A stretch of DNA of 64,000 nt from positions 1,178,001 to 1,242,000 of the forward strand of contig CM022666.1 of assembly GCA_012295275.1 (NCBI GenBank), read 5' to 3'. The position numbers and the translations under genes were made by a program. Under the pieces are notes generated by a model. It was not told where the DNA came from, searched no databases, and worked only from the letters and a program-made list of their open reading frames with translations. This document shows positions 1 to 12,129 of the stretch, piece by piece (within the stretch, counting starts at the first letter, position 1; each line of letters begins with the position of its first letter). The stretch comes from Chrysomallon squamiferum (taxonomy: Eukaryota; Animalia; Mollusca).

Positions 1-375
1 TCACAATATATATATACAGACATGAATTATTTATATATGCTTATAATTATTGTAATTATTGATTTTTATTATTATTATTATTATTACCCTATTACAATCA
101 CTACTACTCTCTGCTATGATAACTATAATATTACAAGCAGTGGTAGTAGTACTCATATCATGTTGTTCTATTTATTATTATTACTACTACAACTACTATG
201 CTATTTCTGTGATTAATATAATGACTGTTAGTAGCATTATTGCTATTATTATGATTATTATTTTGTGTTTATTTTATTATTATTACTACTACTACTACAT
301 TATTTTGGTGATTAATATAATGACTCTTAGTAGCATTATTGCTATTATTAGTGGTAGCAGTAATACATTAACATC

Positions 376-425
376 ATAATAATAATAATAATAATAATTA
401 TTATTATTATTATTACTACTATTAC

Positions 426-488
<63 letters not shown>

Positions 489-639
489 TATTATTATTGT
501 TACTAATACTATTATTATTATTATTATCATTGTTATTATTATTGATATTATTATTACTATTATTGTTATTGTTATTATTATTATTATTACTATTATTATC
601 ATTATTATTATTGTTATTATTACAATTATTATTATTACA

Positions 640-692
<53 letters not shown>
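376..692. repeat. (ATT)n microsatellite abutting a CASK acceptor
   Basis: Direct reading; explains the poly-Ile/Leu/Tyr ORFs. Confidence 0.95.
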
Positions 693-693
<1 letters not shown>

Positions 694-709
694 TATATTC
701 CTGTTTCAG

Positions 710-1760
710 ATATATGTGCGAGCGTTGTTTTCGTACAACCCACATGAAGATGACTTGATTCCGTGCTCACAAGCAGGAATCTCGTTCAAAGTTGGAGATG
801 TTTTACAGGTAACAGTTACACCTTGAATTTTTAAAACTATATTCACAAAATACAGTTTTTCCCTTTCCCAGCATGGTTCATCTAAAAAGCCAACCACATA
901 TAGTATTATTTTCCTGTCATTGGGAAGACATGTATAAACAAAATTATTTTGCTAACTTTTTTTTTTTTTTTTTTTTTTTAAAGTAGTGACTGTCTGTTTA
1001 TCCATAATTATGTAATTGTTTATCACTGTTATAGTATTGGCTGTTAATATATATTTCCTTGATGATAATTTATACAGTATATATCTAATTACTATATATT
1101 TTTAATAATTTTTATCTAGGAGTTTTATAACAATTCAGTATAAAATATAAAACTGTGTTTGTTATTTTTGCAGTTCAGTTTGTCTAACTTTAAAAAAAAA
1201 AAAAAAAATACACACATATATATCTGAAGAGATTATATTTAACAATTTTATATTTATATTAGAATAATCAATATAAATATTTCTATTAAAATTTTTACAA
1301 CAGCTGGTTTCTGTCAGTGCATGTCTATAAAAAGAGTTTAATTATTTCAAAGCAGACAGATGTGAATTTCTGTGACAACAGGCTTTGTTCTAGAAATCAG
1401 GATTAATAAAAATTCTACACTTTCAAATTAACTGCTTCTGTTTCCACAAACTCATCAAATGTATTTGTTTTGACAAGAGGCATATTTTGAAACAGTGAAC
1501 GTACTGTTATTGTGTGAAATAGGAAATTCAGATTATGTTATTAGATGAAAAATTGGTTATGCTTTGAGAGGTTGACAGAAGATAAGCTTAAATGTCTGTT
1601 GAATCTTCTCCTGCTCAGTGAATGTATGAAAATCCCTTTATAGGTTGGGAGGGGAGGGGGCTTGAGGATTTTTTTTGATTTTTTTATTTATTGGTTTTTT
1701 TGTAATACATTTATTTTATTTTATTTTATTTTATTTTATTTTATTTTATTTTATTTTATT

Positions 1761-1831
<71 letters not shown>

Positions 1832-1946
1832 TTTTTTATAAGGGGAAGGTTGGTAAAGTTTTCTGGATAATTTTATTTTTTGACTGTTAATTAGTTCATA
1901 TATTTTTGTCCTAAAATTTCCTTTTTAATTTCCTTATTTTATTATA

Positions 1947-1998
<52 letters not shown>

Positions 1999-4900
1999 AA
2001 ATTAGCAAAATTTTTTGTATGTTTGTTTGTTTGTTTGTTTGTTTGTTTGTTATTTATTTATTTACTTCTTATGTTTATTTTTAATACACATACACATGTA
2101 TTTAAGTTAGAGTTTATTTATTTATTTGTTTATTTATTTTTATTTATTTCATTATCTCATTATTTCATTATTTCATTATTTATTTATTTAATTATTTCAT
2201 TATTTCATTATTTATATATTTATTTATTTATTTAATTATTCAATTTTATTTCATTATTTTATTATTTCATTATTTATTTGTTTATTTATTTATTTATTTA
2301 TTTGTTTATTTATTTTTATTTATTTCATTATTTCAATATTTTATTATTTATTTATTTATTTATTTGCTTACTTACTTACTTGTGTGTGTAATTGACAGGT
2401 GATAAGTAAAGATGATGCTAACTTGTTACTTGCTGTGTGTAACTGACAGGTGATAAGTAAAGATGATGCTAACTTGTTACTTGCTGTGTGTAATTGACAG
2501 GTGATAAGTAAAGATGATGCTAACTGGTTACTTACTTGTGTGTGTAATTGACAGGTGATAAGTAAAGATGATGCTAACTTGTTACTTACTTGCTGTGTGT
2601 AATTGACAGGTGATAAGTAAAGATGATGCTAACTTGTTACTTACTTGCTGTGTGTAATTGACAGGTGATAAGTAAAGATGATGCTAACTTGTTACTTGCT
2701 GTGTGTAATTGACAGGTGATAAGTAAAGATGATGCTAACTTGTTACTTACTTGCTGTGTGTAATTGACAGGTGATAAGTAAAGATGATGCTAACTTGTTA
2801 CTTACTTGCTGTGTGTAATTGACAGGTGATAAGTAAAGATGATGCTAACTTGTTACTTGCTGTGTGTAATTGACAGGTGATAAGTAAAGATGATGCTAAC
2901 TTGTTACTTACTTGCTGTGTGTAATTGACAGGTGATAAGTAAAGATGATGCTAACTTGTTGTTACTTGCTGTGTGTAATTGACAGGTGATAAGTAAAGAT
3001 GATGCTAACTTGTTACTTACTTGCTGTGTGTAATTGACAGGTGATAAGTAAAGATGATGCTAACTTGTTACTTACTTGCTGTGTGTAATTGACAGGTGAT
3101 AAGTAAAGATGATGCTAACTTGTTACTTACTTACTTGTGTATAATTGACAGGTGATAAGTAAAGATGATGCTAACTTGTTACTTACTTGCTGTGTGTAAT
3201 TGACAGGTGATAAGTAAAGATGATGCTAACTTGTTACTTACTTGCTGTGTGTAATTGACAGGTGATAAGTAAAGATGATGCTAACTTGTTACTTACTTGC
3301 TGTGTGTAATTGACAGGTGATAAGTAAAGATGATGCTAACTTGTTACTTACTTACTTGTGTATAATTGACAGGTGATAAGTAAAGATGATGCTAACTTGT
3401 TACTTACTTACTTGTGTATAATTGACAGGTGATAAGTAAAGATGATGCTAACTTGTTACTTACTTACTTGTGTGTAATTGACAGGTGATAAGTAAAGATG
3501 ATGCTAACTTGTTGACTTGCTTGTGTGTAATTGACAGGTGATAAGTAAAGATGATGCTAACTTGTTACTTACTTGCTGTGTGTAATTGACAGGTGATAAG
3601 TAAAGATGATGCTAACTTGTTACTTACTTGCTGTGTGTAATTGACAGGTGATAAGTAAAGATGATATGCTAACTTGTTACTTACTTGCTGTGTGTAATTG
3701 ACAGGTGATAAGTAAAGATGATGCTAACTTGTTACTTACTTGCTGTGTGTAATTGACAGGTGATAAGTAAAGATGATGCTAACTTGTTACTTACTTGCTG
3801 TGTGTAATTGACAGGTGATAAGTAAAGATGATGCTAACTTGTTACTTACTTGCTGTGTGTAATTGACAGGTGATAAGTAAAGATGATGCTAACTTGTTGT
3901 TACTTGTGTGTGTAATTGACAGGTGATAAGTAAAGATGATGCTAACTTGTTACTTACTTGCTGTGTGTAATTGACAGGTGATAAGTAAAGATGATGCTAA
4001 CTTGTTACTTACTTGCTGTGTGTAATTGACAGGTGATAAGTAAAGATGATGCTAACTTGTTACTTGCTGTGTGTAATTGACAGGTGATAAGTAAAGATGA
4101 TGCTAACTTGTTACTTGCTGTGTGTAATTGACAGGTGATAAGTAAAGATGATGCTAACTTGTTACTTACTTGCTGTGTGTAATTGACAGGTGATAAGTAA
4201 AGATGATGCTAACTTGTTACTTGCTGTGTGTAATTGACAGGTGATAAGTAAAGATGATGCTAACTTGTTACTTGCTGTGTGTAATTGACAGGTGATAAGT
4301 AAAGATGATGCTAACTTGTTACTTGTGTGTGTAATTGACAGGTGATAAGTAAAGATGATGCTAACTTGTTACTTACTGTGTGTAATTGACAGGTGATAAG
4401 TAAAGATGATATAATTGACAGGTGATAATTGAAAGATGATGCTAACTTGTTACTTACTTACTTGTGTATAATTGACAGGTGATAAGTAAAGATGATGCTA
4501 ACTTGTTACTTACTTACTTGTGTATAATTGACAGGTGATAAGTAAAGATGATGCTAACTTGTTACTTACTTGCTGTGTGTAATTGACAGGTGATAAGTAA
4601 AGATGATGCTAACTTGTTACTTACTTGCTGTGTGTAATTGACAGGTGATAAGTAAAGATGATGCTAACTTGTTACTTACTTGCTGTGTGTAATTGACAGG
4701 TGATAAGTAAAGATGATGCTAACTTGTTACTTACTTGCTGTGTGTAATTGACAGGTGATAAGTAAAGATGATGCTAACTTGTTACTTACTTGCTGTGTGT
4801 AATTGACAGGTGATAAGTAAGTAAAGATGATGCTAACTTGTTACTTACTTGCTGTGTGTAATTGACAGGTGATAAGTAAAGATGATGCTAACTTGTTACT

Positions 4901-6532
4901 TGCTGTGTGTAATTGACAGGTGATAAGTAAAGATGATGCTAACTTGTTACTTGCTGTGTGTAATTGACAGGTGATAAGTAAAGATGATGCTAACTTGTTA
5001 CTTACTTGCTGTGTGTAATTGACAGGTGATAAGTAAAGATGATGCTAACTTGTTACTTGCTGTGTGTAATTGACAGGTGACTAAAGATGATGCTAATTGT
5101 TACTTGCTGTGTGTAATTGACAGGTGATAAGTAAAGATGATGCTAACTTGTTACTACTTGTGTGTAATTGACAGGTGATAAGTAAAGATGATGCTAACTT
5201 GTTACTTGCTGTGTGTAATTGACAGGTGATAAGTAAAGATGATGCTAACTTGTTACTTGTGTGTGTAATTGACAGGTGATAAGTAAAGATGATGCTAACT
5301 TGTTACTTACTTGCTGTGTGTAATTGACAGGTGATAAGTAAAGATGATGCTAACTTGTTACTTACTTGCTGTGTGTAATTGACAGGTGATAAGTAAAGAT
5401 GATGCTAACTTGTTACTTGCTGTGTGTAATTGACAGGTGATAAGTAAAGATGATGCTAACTTGTTACTTACTTGCTGTGTGTAATTGACAGGTGATAAGT
5501 AAAGATGATGCTAACTTGTTACTTACTTGCTGTGTGTAATTGACAGGTGATAAGTAAAGATGATGCTAACTTGTTACTTACTTGTGTGTGTAATTGACAG
5601 GTGATAAGTAAAGATGATGCTAACTTGTTACTTACTTGCTGTGTGTAATTGACAGGTGATAAGTAAAGATGATGCTAACTTGTTACTTACTTGCTGTGTG
5701 TAATTGACAGGTGATAAGTAAAGATGATGCTAACTTGTTACTTACTTGCTGTGTGTAATTGACAGGTGATAAGTAAAGATGATGCTAACTTGTTACTTAC
5801 TTGCTGTGTGTAATTGACAGGTGATAAGTAAAGATGATGCTAACTTGTTACTTGCTGTGTGTAATTGACAGGTGATAAGTAAAGATGATGCTAACTTGTT
5901 ACTTGCTGTGTGTAATTGACAGGTGATAAGTAAAGATGATGCTAACTTGTTACTTGCTGTGTGTAATTGACAGGTGATAAGTAAAGATGATGCTAACTTG
6001 TTAACTGGTAATTGACAGGTGATAAGTAAAGATGATGCTAACTTGTTACTTACTGTGTGTAATTGACAGGTGATAAGTAAAGATGATGCTAACTTGTTAC
6101 TTACTTGCTGTGTGTAATTGACAGGTGATAAGTAAAGATGATGCTAACTTGTTACTTGCTGTGTGTAATTGACAGGTGATAAGTAAAGATGATGCTAACT
6201 TGTTACTTACTTGCTGTGTGTAATTGACAGGTGATAAGTAAAGATGATGCTAACTTGTTACTTACTTCTTGTGTGTAATTGACAGGTGATAAGTAAAGAT
6301 GATGCTAACTTGTTACTTACTTGCTGTGTGTAATTGACAGGTGATAAGTAAAGATGATGCTAACTGGTGGCAAGCTAAGAAAGTGGATGATTCAGCCAAT
6401 GAGCCTGCAGGGTTGATACCCTCCCCTGAACTGCAGGAATGGAGAACTGCATCCCTGGCCATAGAGAGATCCAGAAGAGAACATTCTGGTAAGTTTAAGA
6501 ATTTAGTAATCATTCAGTGTGTTGTCTGTGTG

Positions 6533-6580
<48 letters not shown>

Positions 6581-7181
6581 TGTGTGTGTTTGTGTGCATG
6601 TGTTTTTTTGTGTGTGTTTGTGTGTGAGTTAGTGTGTGTGAGAGAGAGCGAGAGAGAGAGAGTGCTTTAAAGATAGGATTCACTGGAAAAGTGATATGAA
6701 GTAAATAATATGTGCAGTGTATATATGTTTTTTTTTTTTAAATTATAATTATAAGAATTTGTGTTTATGGATGAAATATCAAAAACTTACTATTAATTTC
6801 AAAAACATACATTGTTGTTTTTATTATTAATATTATTATTTATCAATCTTGTTCTGATTTATATATTTCTTTTACTTTATTTATTTATTTTTTTAATTTA
6901 ATTTAATTTTATTTTCTGTATTTCTGTCCACAGTTCACTGTTCATGGTTTGCGAGGAAGAAGAAAGACAAGTATTTAGTAAAACACAATGCAGTCTTTGA
7001 TCAACTCGATCTTGTGACATATGAAGAAGTCGTAAAACTTCCAGCTTTTGTCAGAAAAACACTGGTGCTGCTAGGTAGTCTTTCGTTGTTGTCACCATTG
7101 TTTTTGTTGTTGTTGTTGTTGTCATATGAGACATGAATATATTCATATTAGAAACATAACTTTTTTATTTTATTATTATTA

Positions 7182-7215
<34 letters not shown>

Positions 7216-7342
7216 GTCATCATAATCATCATCATCATCATCATTATTAATATTATTATTATTATTAAAATGCTAAATTATTATTATTGCATTCTTCTTT
7301 TCTTTTTTTTTTATAACCACTGACTAATACTTTGAATTTTAT

Positions 7343-7382
<40 letters not shown>

Positions 7383-8822
7383 CTTATTTACTTATTTATT
7401 TATTTGTTTACTTATTTACTTATTTATTTATTTATTTTACAGGTGCTCATGGTGTAGGGAGGAGACATATAAAGAACACACTAATCACAAGTCATCCAAA
7501 TAAATTTGCTTACCCCATTCCTCGTAAGTTCACTTACCCCATTCCTTGTAAGTTCACTTACCCCATTCCTTGTAAGCTCATACTCAGTTCACATGCGAAT
7601 TAACACATCTTACTGCCCTGTTTTAATTACCTAACTTTATTAATTTAAATATTTTACAGAACAAAGCATTAAAACTCCGTATGTATTAAGAAAACTTTTA
7701 ATCTGAGCTTCCATCAACATTTTTATTTTTTATATAGTCTGATGTGAAAAGCTTTGAGATTGTTATTGTAGTTAAGAAAGTTTTAGTAAGTTCATTCATA
7801 AGAAATTTAACTTGTATCAGAACTTTTTTGAATTACTTAATTTTTTTCAGACCCATTGGTTTAATAATTACTTGTTTATTTTTCATTCACAAATGCTCTA
7901 AAAAGAACATAAGTGTTACTACATGTATTATTATTATTGTTATTATTATTACTACTACAACTACTACAGAAAAAGAATATATATACATTCACACCACGCA
8001 GTTTAAATTTCAGTAATTTCATGTCAAAAAGACTATCATTTTAAAACGATTTTTGACATTTACCTTCATAATATCGACATTTTGATTTTTTTTAAACTAG
8101 TTGAATACAATGCTTATCTTTTTTTTCCTCCTATTTTATTTACTGCACAAGCTCAGACAACACATAATTACACAGTACTATTCGGTGTTCTTATTATTAT
8201 CATCATCATCATAATCAAATGTTTAATCTGTTTAATACATGTTATACTGCAGACACAACCAGACCTCCGCGCGAAGGAGAAGAAGATGGAAAGAACTATC
8301 ACTTTGTCACTCATGATAAAATGATGGCCGACATCGCATCCAACCAGTACCTGGAATACGGGACGCACGAGGACGCCATGTACGGGACGAAGCTAGAGAC
8401 AATCAGACAGATCCACAAGCGAGGACTGATGGCAATTCTCGACGTGGAGCCTCAGGTCTTTGTTAAATCTTTATCAAGTTTTAATAACTGTTTGTCAAAG
8501 CAGCTGTGAATAATAGATAGATTTTTGTTTGTGTGTTTATGTACGTTTGTTTGTATGTATGGATGGATTGATGGATGGATGTAAAGATATTTATTTGTGT
8601 GTGTGAGTGTGTGTGTGTGTGTCTGTGTGTGTCTGTGTGTGCATGTGTGTGTGTCTGTGTGTGCATGTTTTTTGTTTGTATATATATGGGTGTGTGTAAT
8701 ATGAATGTATATATGTAACTATGTATGGATGTAGGTATAGATATTTATATGTATGTATGTGTTTGTACACATATTTATAATGTGTGTCTGTATGGATGTA
8801 TAGATGCATATAATATGTAGTA

Positions 8823-8859
<37 letters not shown>

Positions 8860-9418
8860 AAAGATGTATAATACTTATGTATGTGTGTGTATATGTTTCG
8901 TTAGTTTTTAATTTTTAATTATCTGTCAAACACTATTATGACTGACTTTTACCAGGCATTTTTAAAGAAAAATAAACATTGTTTTCTGTCTGTGTGAAGT
9001 AATTTTGTGAGATCCTTTTTGTTCCAGGCCATCAAAGTGTTACGCTCGGGTGACTACACTCCTTTCATAGTTTTTATTGCAGCTCCTACTCTTCCAGCCA
9101 TTCATCAGGTACTTTGTTGTGTTTCAGCCAATCAGCTCACTGGAAACATCACTTGCATGTCTGTCCAGCCAATCGGTTTCGTCGAAACTCCCCTGCATGA
9201 AACTTAGCCAATCAAAAGTCCCGTTTCATTTTCAGCATGACTAATAGTAGCCAATCAGTGATTACGTGTTACCCTGACTGCTGAAGGTAACAGAAACAGT
9301 TCTAAAGAATGTAGAGAGGTACAGATGGAATTTGGAAGGTCACAGTTTTAAAATTTAAAATTAATTTATTTTATGATTTGGAGTTAGAATCTTTGAGATT
9401 TATTATCAGCATTAACAA

Positions 9419-9455
<37 letters not shown>

Positions 9456-10607
9456 TTAATAAATAAATAAATAAATAAATACTGAAACTTTATTGTAAAA
9501 CTATATTAGTTATTTTATATAAAAAATTAAATAATTTATTTAAAAAAAACAGTTCTATATTGATAATCATCTACCTCTGTTGAATCCACCCTTTAGAACT
9601 GTCTCATTTACCCATGCATGACAATAACAGTGTTTAGACAAAATTAAAAACAGTTTGCATTTCAGCATGGAACTAAGCCTTAGATGGAAAAAAACACACA
9701 CAAACATTTGACGTCTTTTTGTGTGAATGTTGTTTTTAGTTTCATTATTTTCATTATTTTTCTTTTATTTCGTGGATGACATTTTTTTTAGGTTTCTGAT
9801 TTAGTATTGTTACTAACCTGGATATGTGATGTGTGTGTGTGTGTACTAACAGGAAACAAATGATTTAATTGTGCATGTGTCACTGTGCTTGCATGTTGCA
9901 GGCCCTGAAGGTGTTGAGGTCAGCAGAAAATGCTCCTTTTGTTGTTTTTATTGCTGCACCCCGGGCCGTAGATTTACGAGATATGAAACACGTTAATGTA
10001 AGTGCATTGTTCTCTCACCACTCACAACTCACTGGCACATCCTCACAAATATGTATTCTACTCTAGATTAAATACATCAACTGAAAAATATATTTTAAAC
10101 TGGCTTTAAAAAAATCAAAAAAACATTTAGAAAAGAAATATATTTTAAACTGGATAAAAAAAATCTGAAAAATATATTTTAAACTTGCTTTAAAAATAGA
10201 AAAATATATTTTAAACTTGTTTTAAAAAGTGGAAAATATATTTTAAATTTGCTTTATAAAAGTGAAAAAATGTATTTTAAACTGGCCTTAAAAATAAAAA
10301 TAAAAGGAAATAATCAGCCTTAAAAAAAAAGAAATATATTTTAAATTTGTTATAAAATAAAAGAGAAGTATATTTTAAACTAGCTAAAAATCATTTAAAA
10401 GTATACTTAAAACTGGCTTAAAAACACTGAAAAATATCTTTTAAATAATTTAAAACTTTTGAAGAAAGATATTTAAACCTATCTTAAAGCCTTTGAAAAA
10501 ATATCTTTTAAACAGTCATAAAACTTGAGTAAAAGAAACTTTTATCTAGCCATTCTGTGTGATTGTCTCTGAGTTTATAATATAATATGGGCCCTTTTTT
10601 CTTTTAC

Positions 10608-10648
<41 letters not shown>

Positions 10649-11609
10649 TATTATTGAAACACTTTAAAGGTGAGATACTGATGTCAATATCTTAACGTTT
10701 TTGAGTTAAAGTTTATACAATTTAAATGTAATCCAGTCTAAATATTTTATTATATCAGAGACAGATCATAGATCTATAAACAGTTTGAATATGTAATCAA
10801 AATTATCAGTATTAAATTATTAATCACTGAAACACATATAGATTTATTAATATTTCGTTTTGTCTTATAAATGAATCAGTTTAAGAAATGGGCAAAGGAA
10901 ATAGTTTGTAAACAGATCAGTGTTGTCTTCATTCTGTATAATATTTGTAATAGTTTTATTCTAATTAATTGTTGTTGTACTTAGATAGACAGTAGGTTTA
11001 GATTATTGTGTTTAATTAATGTTATTTTAAGCATTTGTTCAGTGATGTTGCCAGATGAATATTATAACAAATACTTTTTTTATTTTTTTAAAGTGTCATT
11101 AATAAATTACTTAAATACTAGTTATTATTATTACTATTATTATTATTATTGAAGATGTTGGTTATTGAATAATTTATTTAAAAGAATAAGCTTAAGATTA
11201 TTAATCTAAATATGGTGAAAATAACTTATTACTGAAAATATTTATATTTCTTCTTCTTTTTTTTTACTATTACTATTAATTTTTCATAATACATCAAAAC
11301 AAAAAGTTAAAAAGAAACACATTTTTATGTATAAAATATTTACCATTTTCCGTCACTATAATATTAATTTTTTTCTCTTTTTTTTTTAAAATTATATATT
11401 TTTTTAAAGTTTTATTATATTTTTGTGTTCAGGATGGAAGTCTGGAGAGACTGGCGCGAGAGAGCGAGCTGCTGGAGAAAGCTTACAGACATTACTTCGA
11501 CTACAAAATAGTGAACAATGACATTGACGAAACAATTAGGACTTTGGAAAAAGCCATTGATGAGGTGTGTTCGACACCGCAGTGGGTTCCAGTCAGCTGG
11601 GTATACTGA
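710..11609 (+). CDS. CASK: CASK/LIN-2 MAGUK scaffold, 3' part (SH3, HOOK, guanylate kinase domains); 5' exons lie upstream of the window
   Basis: GT-AG exons with consistent phase: 710-808 ([19 protein letters not shown]...), 6341-6488 ([11 protein letters not shown]...[12 protein letters not shown]), 6934-7074 ([35 protein letters not shown]), 7443-7523 ([16 protein letters not shown]...FAYPIP), 8253-8455 (HTTRPP...[20 protein letters not shown]...ILDVEPQ), 9028-9108 or 9902-9997, 11433-11609 (...[13 protein letters not shown]). These peptides are recognisably CASK rather than other p55 MAGUKs. Confidence 0.95.
1710..2365. repeat. (TTTTA)n/(TTTA)n/(ATT)n low-complexity tract
   Basis: Direct reading. 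Confidence 0.9.
2368..6365 (+). repeat. Tandem minisatellite of about 4 kb, 51/55-bp unit, roughly 70-75 copies, built from the CASK intron end plus the first 25 nt of the next exon
   Basis: Unit GTGATAAGTAAAGATGATGCTAACTTGTTACTT(ACTT)GCTGTGTGTAATTGACAG; first AG|GT at 2398/2399; the last copy runs into the real exon at 6341. Copy number estimated from length divided by unit size. Confidence 0.98.
7509..7580 (+). repeat. 3 x 24-bp tandem repeat spanning a CASK splice donor
   Basis: CTTACCCCATTCCTC|GTAAGTTCA, CTTACCCCATTCCTT|GTAAGTTCA, CTTACCCCATTCCTT|GTAAGCTCA. Confidence 0.95.
9028..9108 (+). CDS. CASK: CASK GK-domain exon, alternative copy A ([27 protein letters not shown])
   Basis: ttccag|GCC...CAG|gtactt; 81 nt; phase 0/0; open; paralogous to 9902-9997. 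Confidence 0.85.
9126..9260 (+). promoter_or_regulatory. Periodic (about 41 bp) AGCCAATC / (T)GCATG motif cluster just downstream of CASK exon A; candidate splicing enhancer
   Basis: AGCCAATC at 9126, 9167, 9206, 9249; TGCATG at 9154, 9194; GCATG at 9235; ACTAAT at 9240. Confidence 0.5.
9811..9901 (+). promoter_or_regulatory. Candidate splicing-regulatory cluster upstream of CASK exon B (branch-point/STAR and RBFOX motifs)
   Basis: TACTAAC at 9811 and 9844; TGCATG at 9872 and 9890, the latter inside the 3' splice-site region. Confidence 0.55.
9902..9997 (+). CDS. CASK: CASK GK-domain exon, alternative copy B ([32 protein letters not shown])
   Basis: ttgcag|GCC...AAT|gtaagt; 96 nt; phase 0/0; open; closest to canonical [24 protein letters not shown]. 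Confidence 0.85.
10080..10520. repeat. Degenerate AT-rich tandem repeat of about 30-40 bp (AAAATATATTTTAAACTGGCTTTAAAA)
   Basis: About 10-12 decaying copies of ATATATTTTAAA(C/T)T in the last CASK intron. Confidence 0.75.
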
Positions 11610-11653
11610 CAGATTTCCACCCCACGTAGATCATAATTTGCCTTAATATAAAA

Positions 11654-11684
<31 letters not shown>

Positions 11685-11969
11685 ATAATAACAATAATAA
11701 TTTTACCAAAGTGATCTGGTTTTTTGGGGAGGGGGTTCTTTTTTTCCTTCCTGTATCGTCTAATTCTAAAAATTTGCTTCTATGTTGTGATGAAATAAAT
11801 TATGAAAAATTGGCAGCAGCAGATTTTCCACTGATTTTCATGTGATGATAATTTGAGGAGAGTCTATCTTGAAGATTATTATTTTATTAATTTTTCTATT
11901 TTTCCTCGGATAAAGATATTTTATTTGACAGCCATCTGTGATTTCTTTTTCCTTTTTGGTCTTTAATTC

Positions 11970-12129
<160 letters not shown>

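Noticed and set aside
22-700. Poly-Ile/Leu/Tyr ORFs in the ORF track (also 1675, 7126, 8481, 44550, 52348, 54868, 56194, 57816-58326)
   Set aside because: Translations of (ATT)n, (TTTA)n, (CA)n and (CT)n microsatellites.
2368-6365. CRISPR-like array
   Set aside because: No unique spacers (the whole unit repeats), no cas genes, eukaryotic intron context; the unit derives from the adjacent exon junction.
710-11609. Assignment to MPP2/MPP6/varicose or stardust
   Set aside because: [32 protein letters not shown] and YGTKLETIR are CASK/LIN-2-type sequences.
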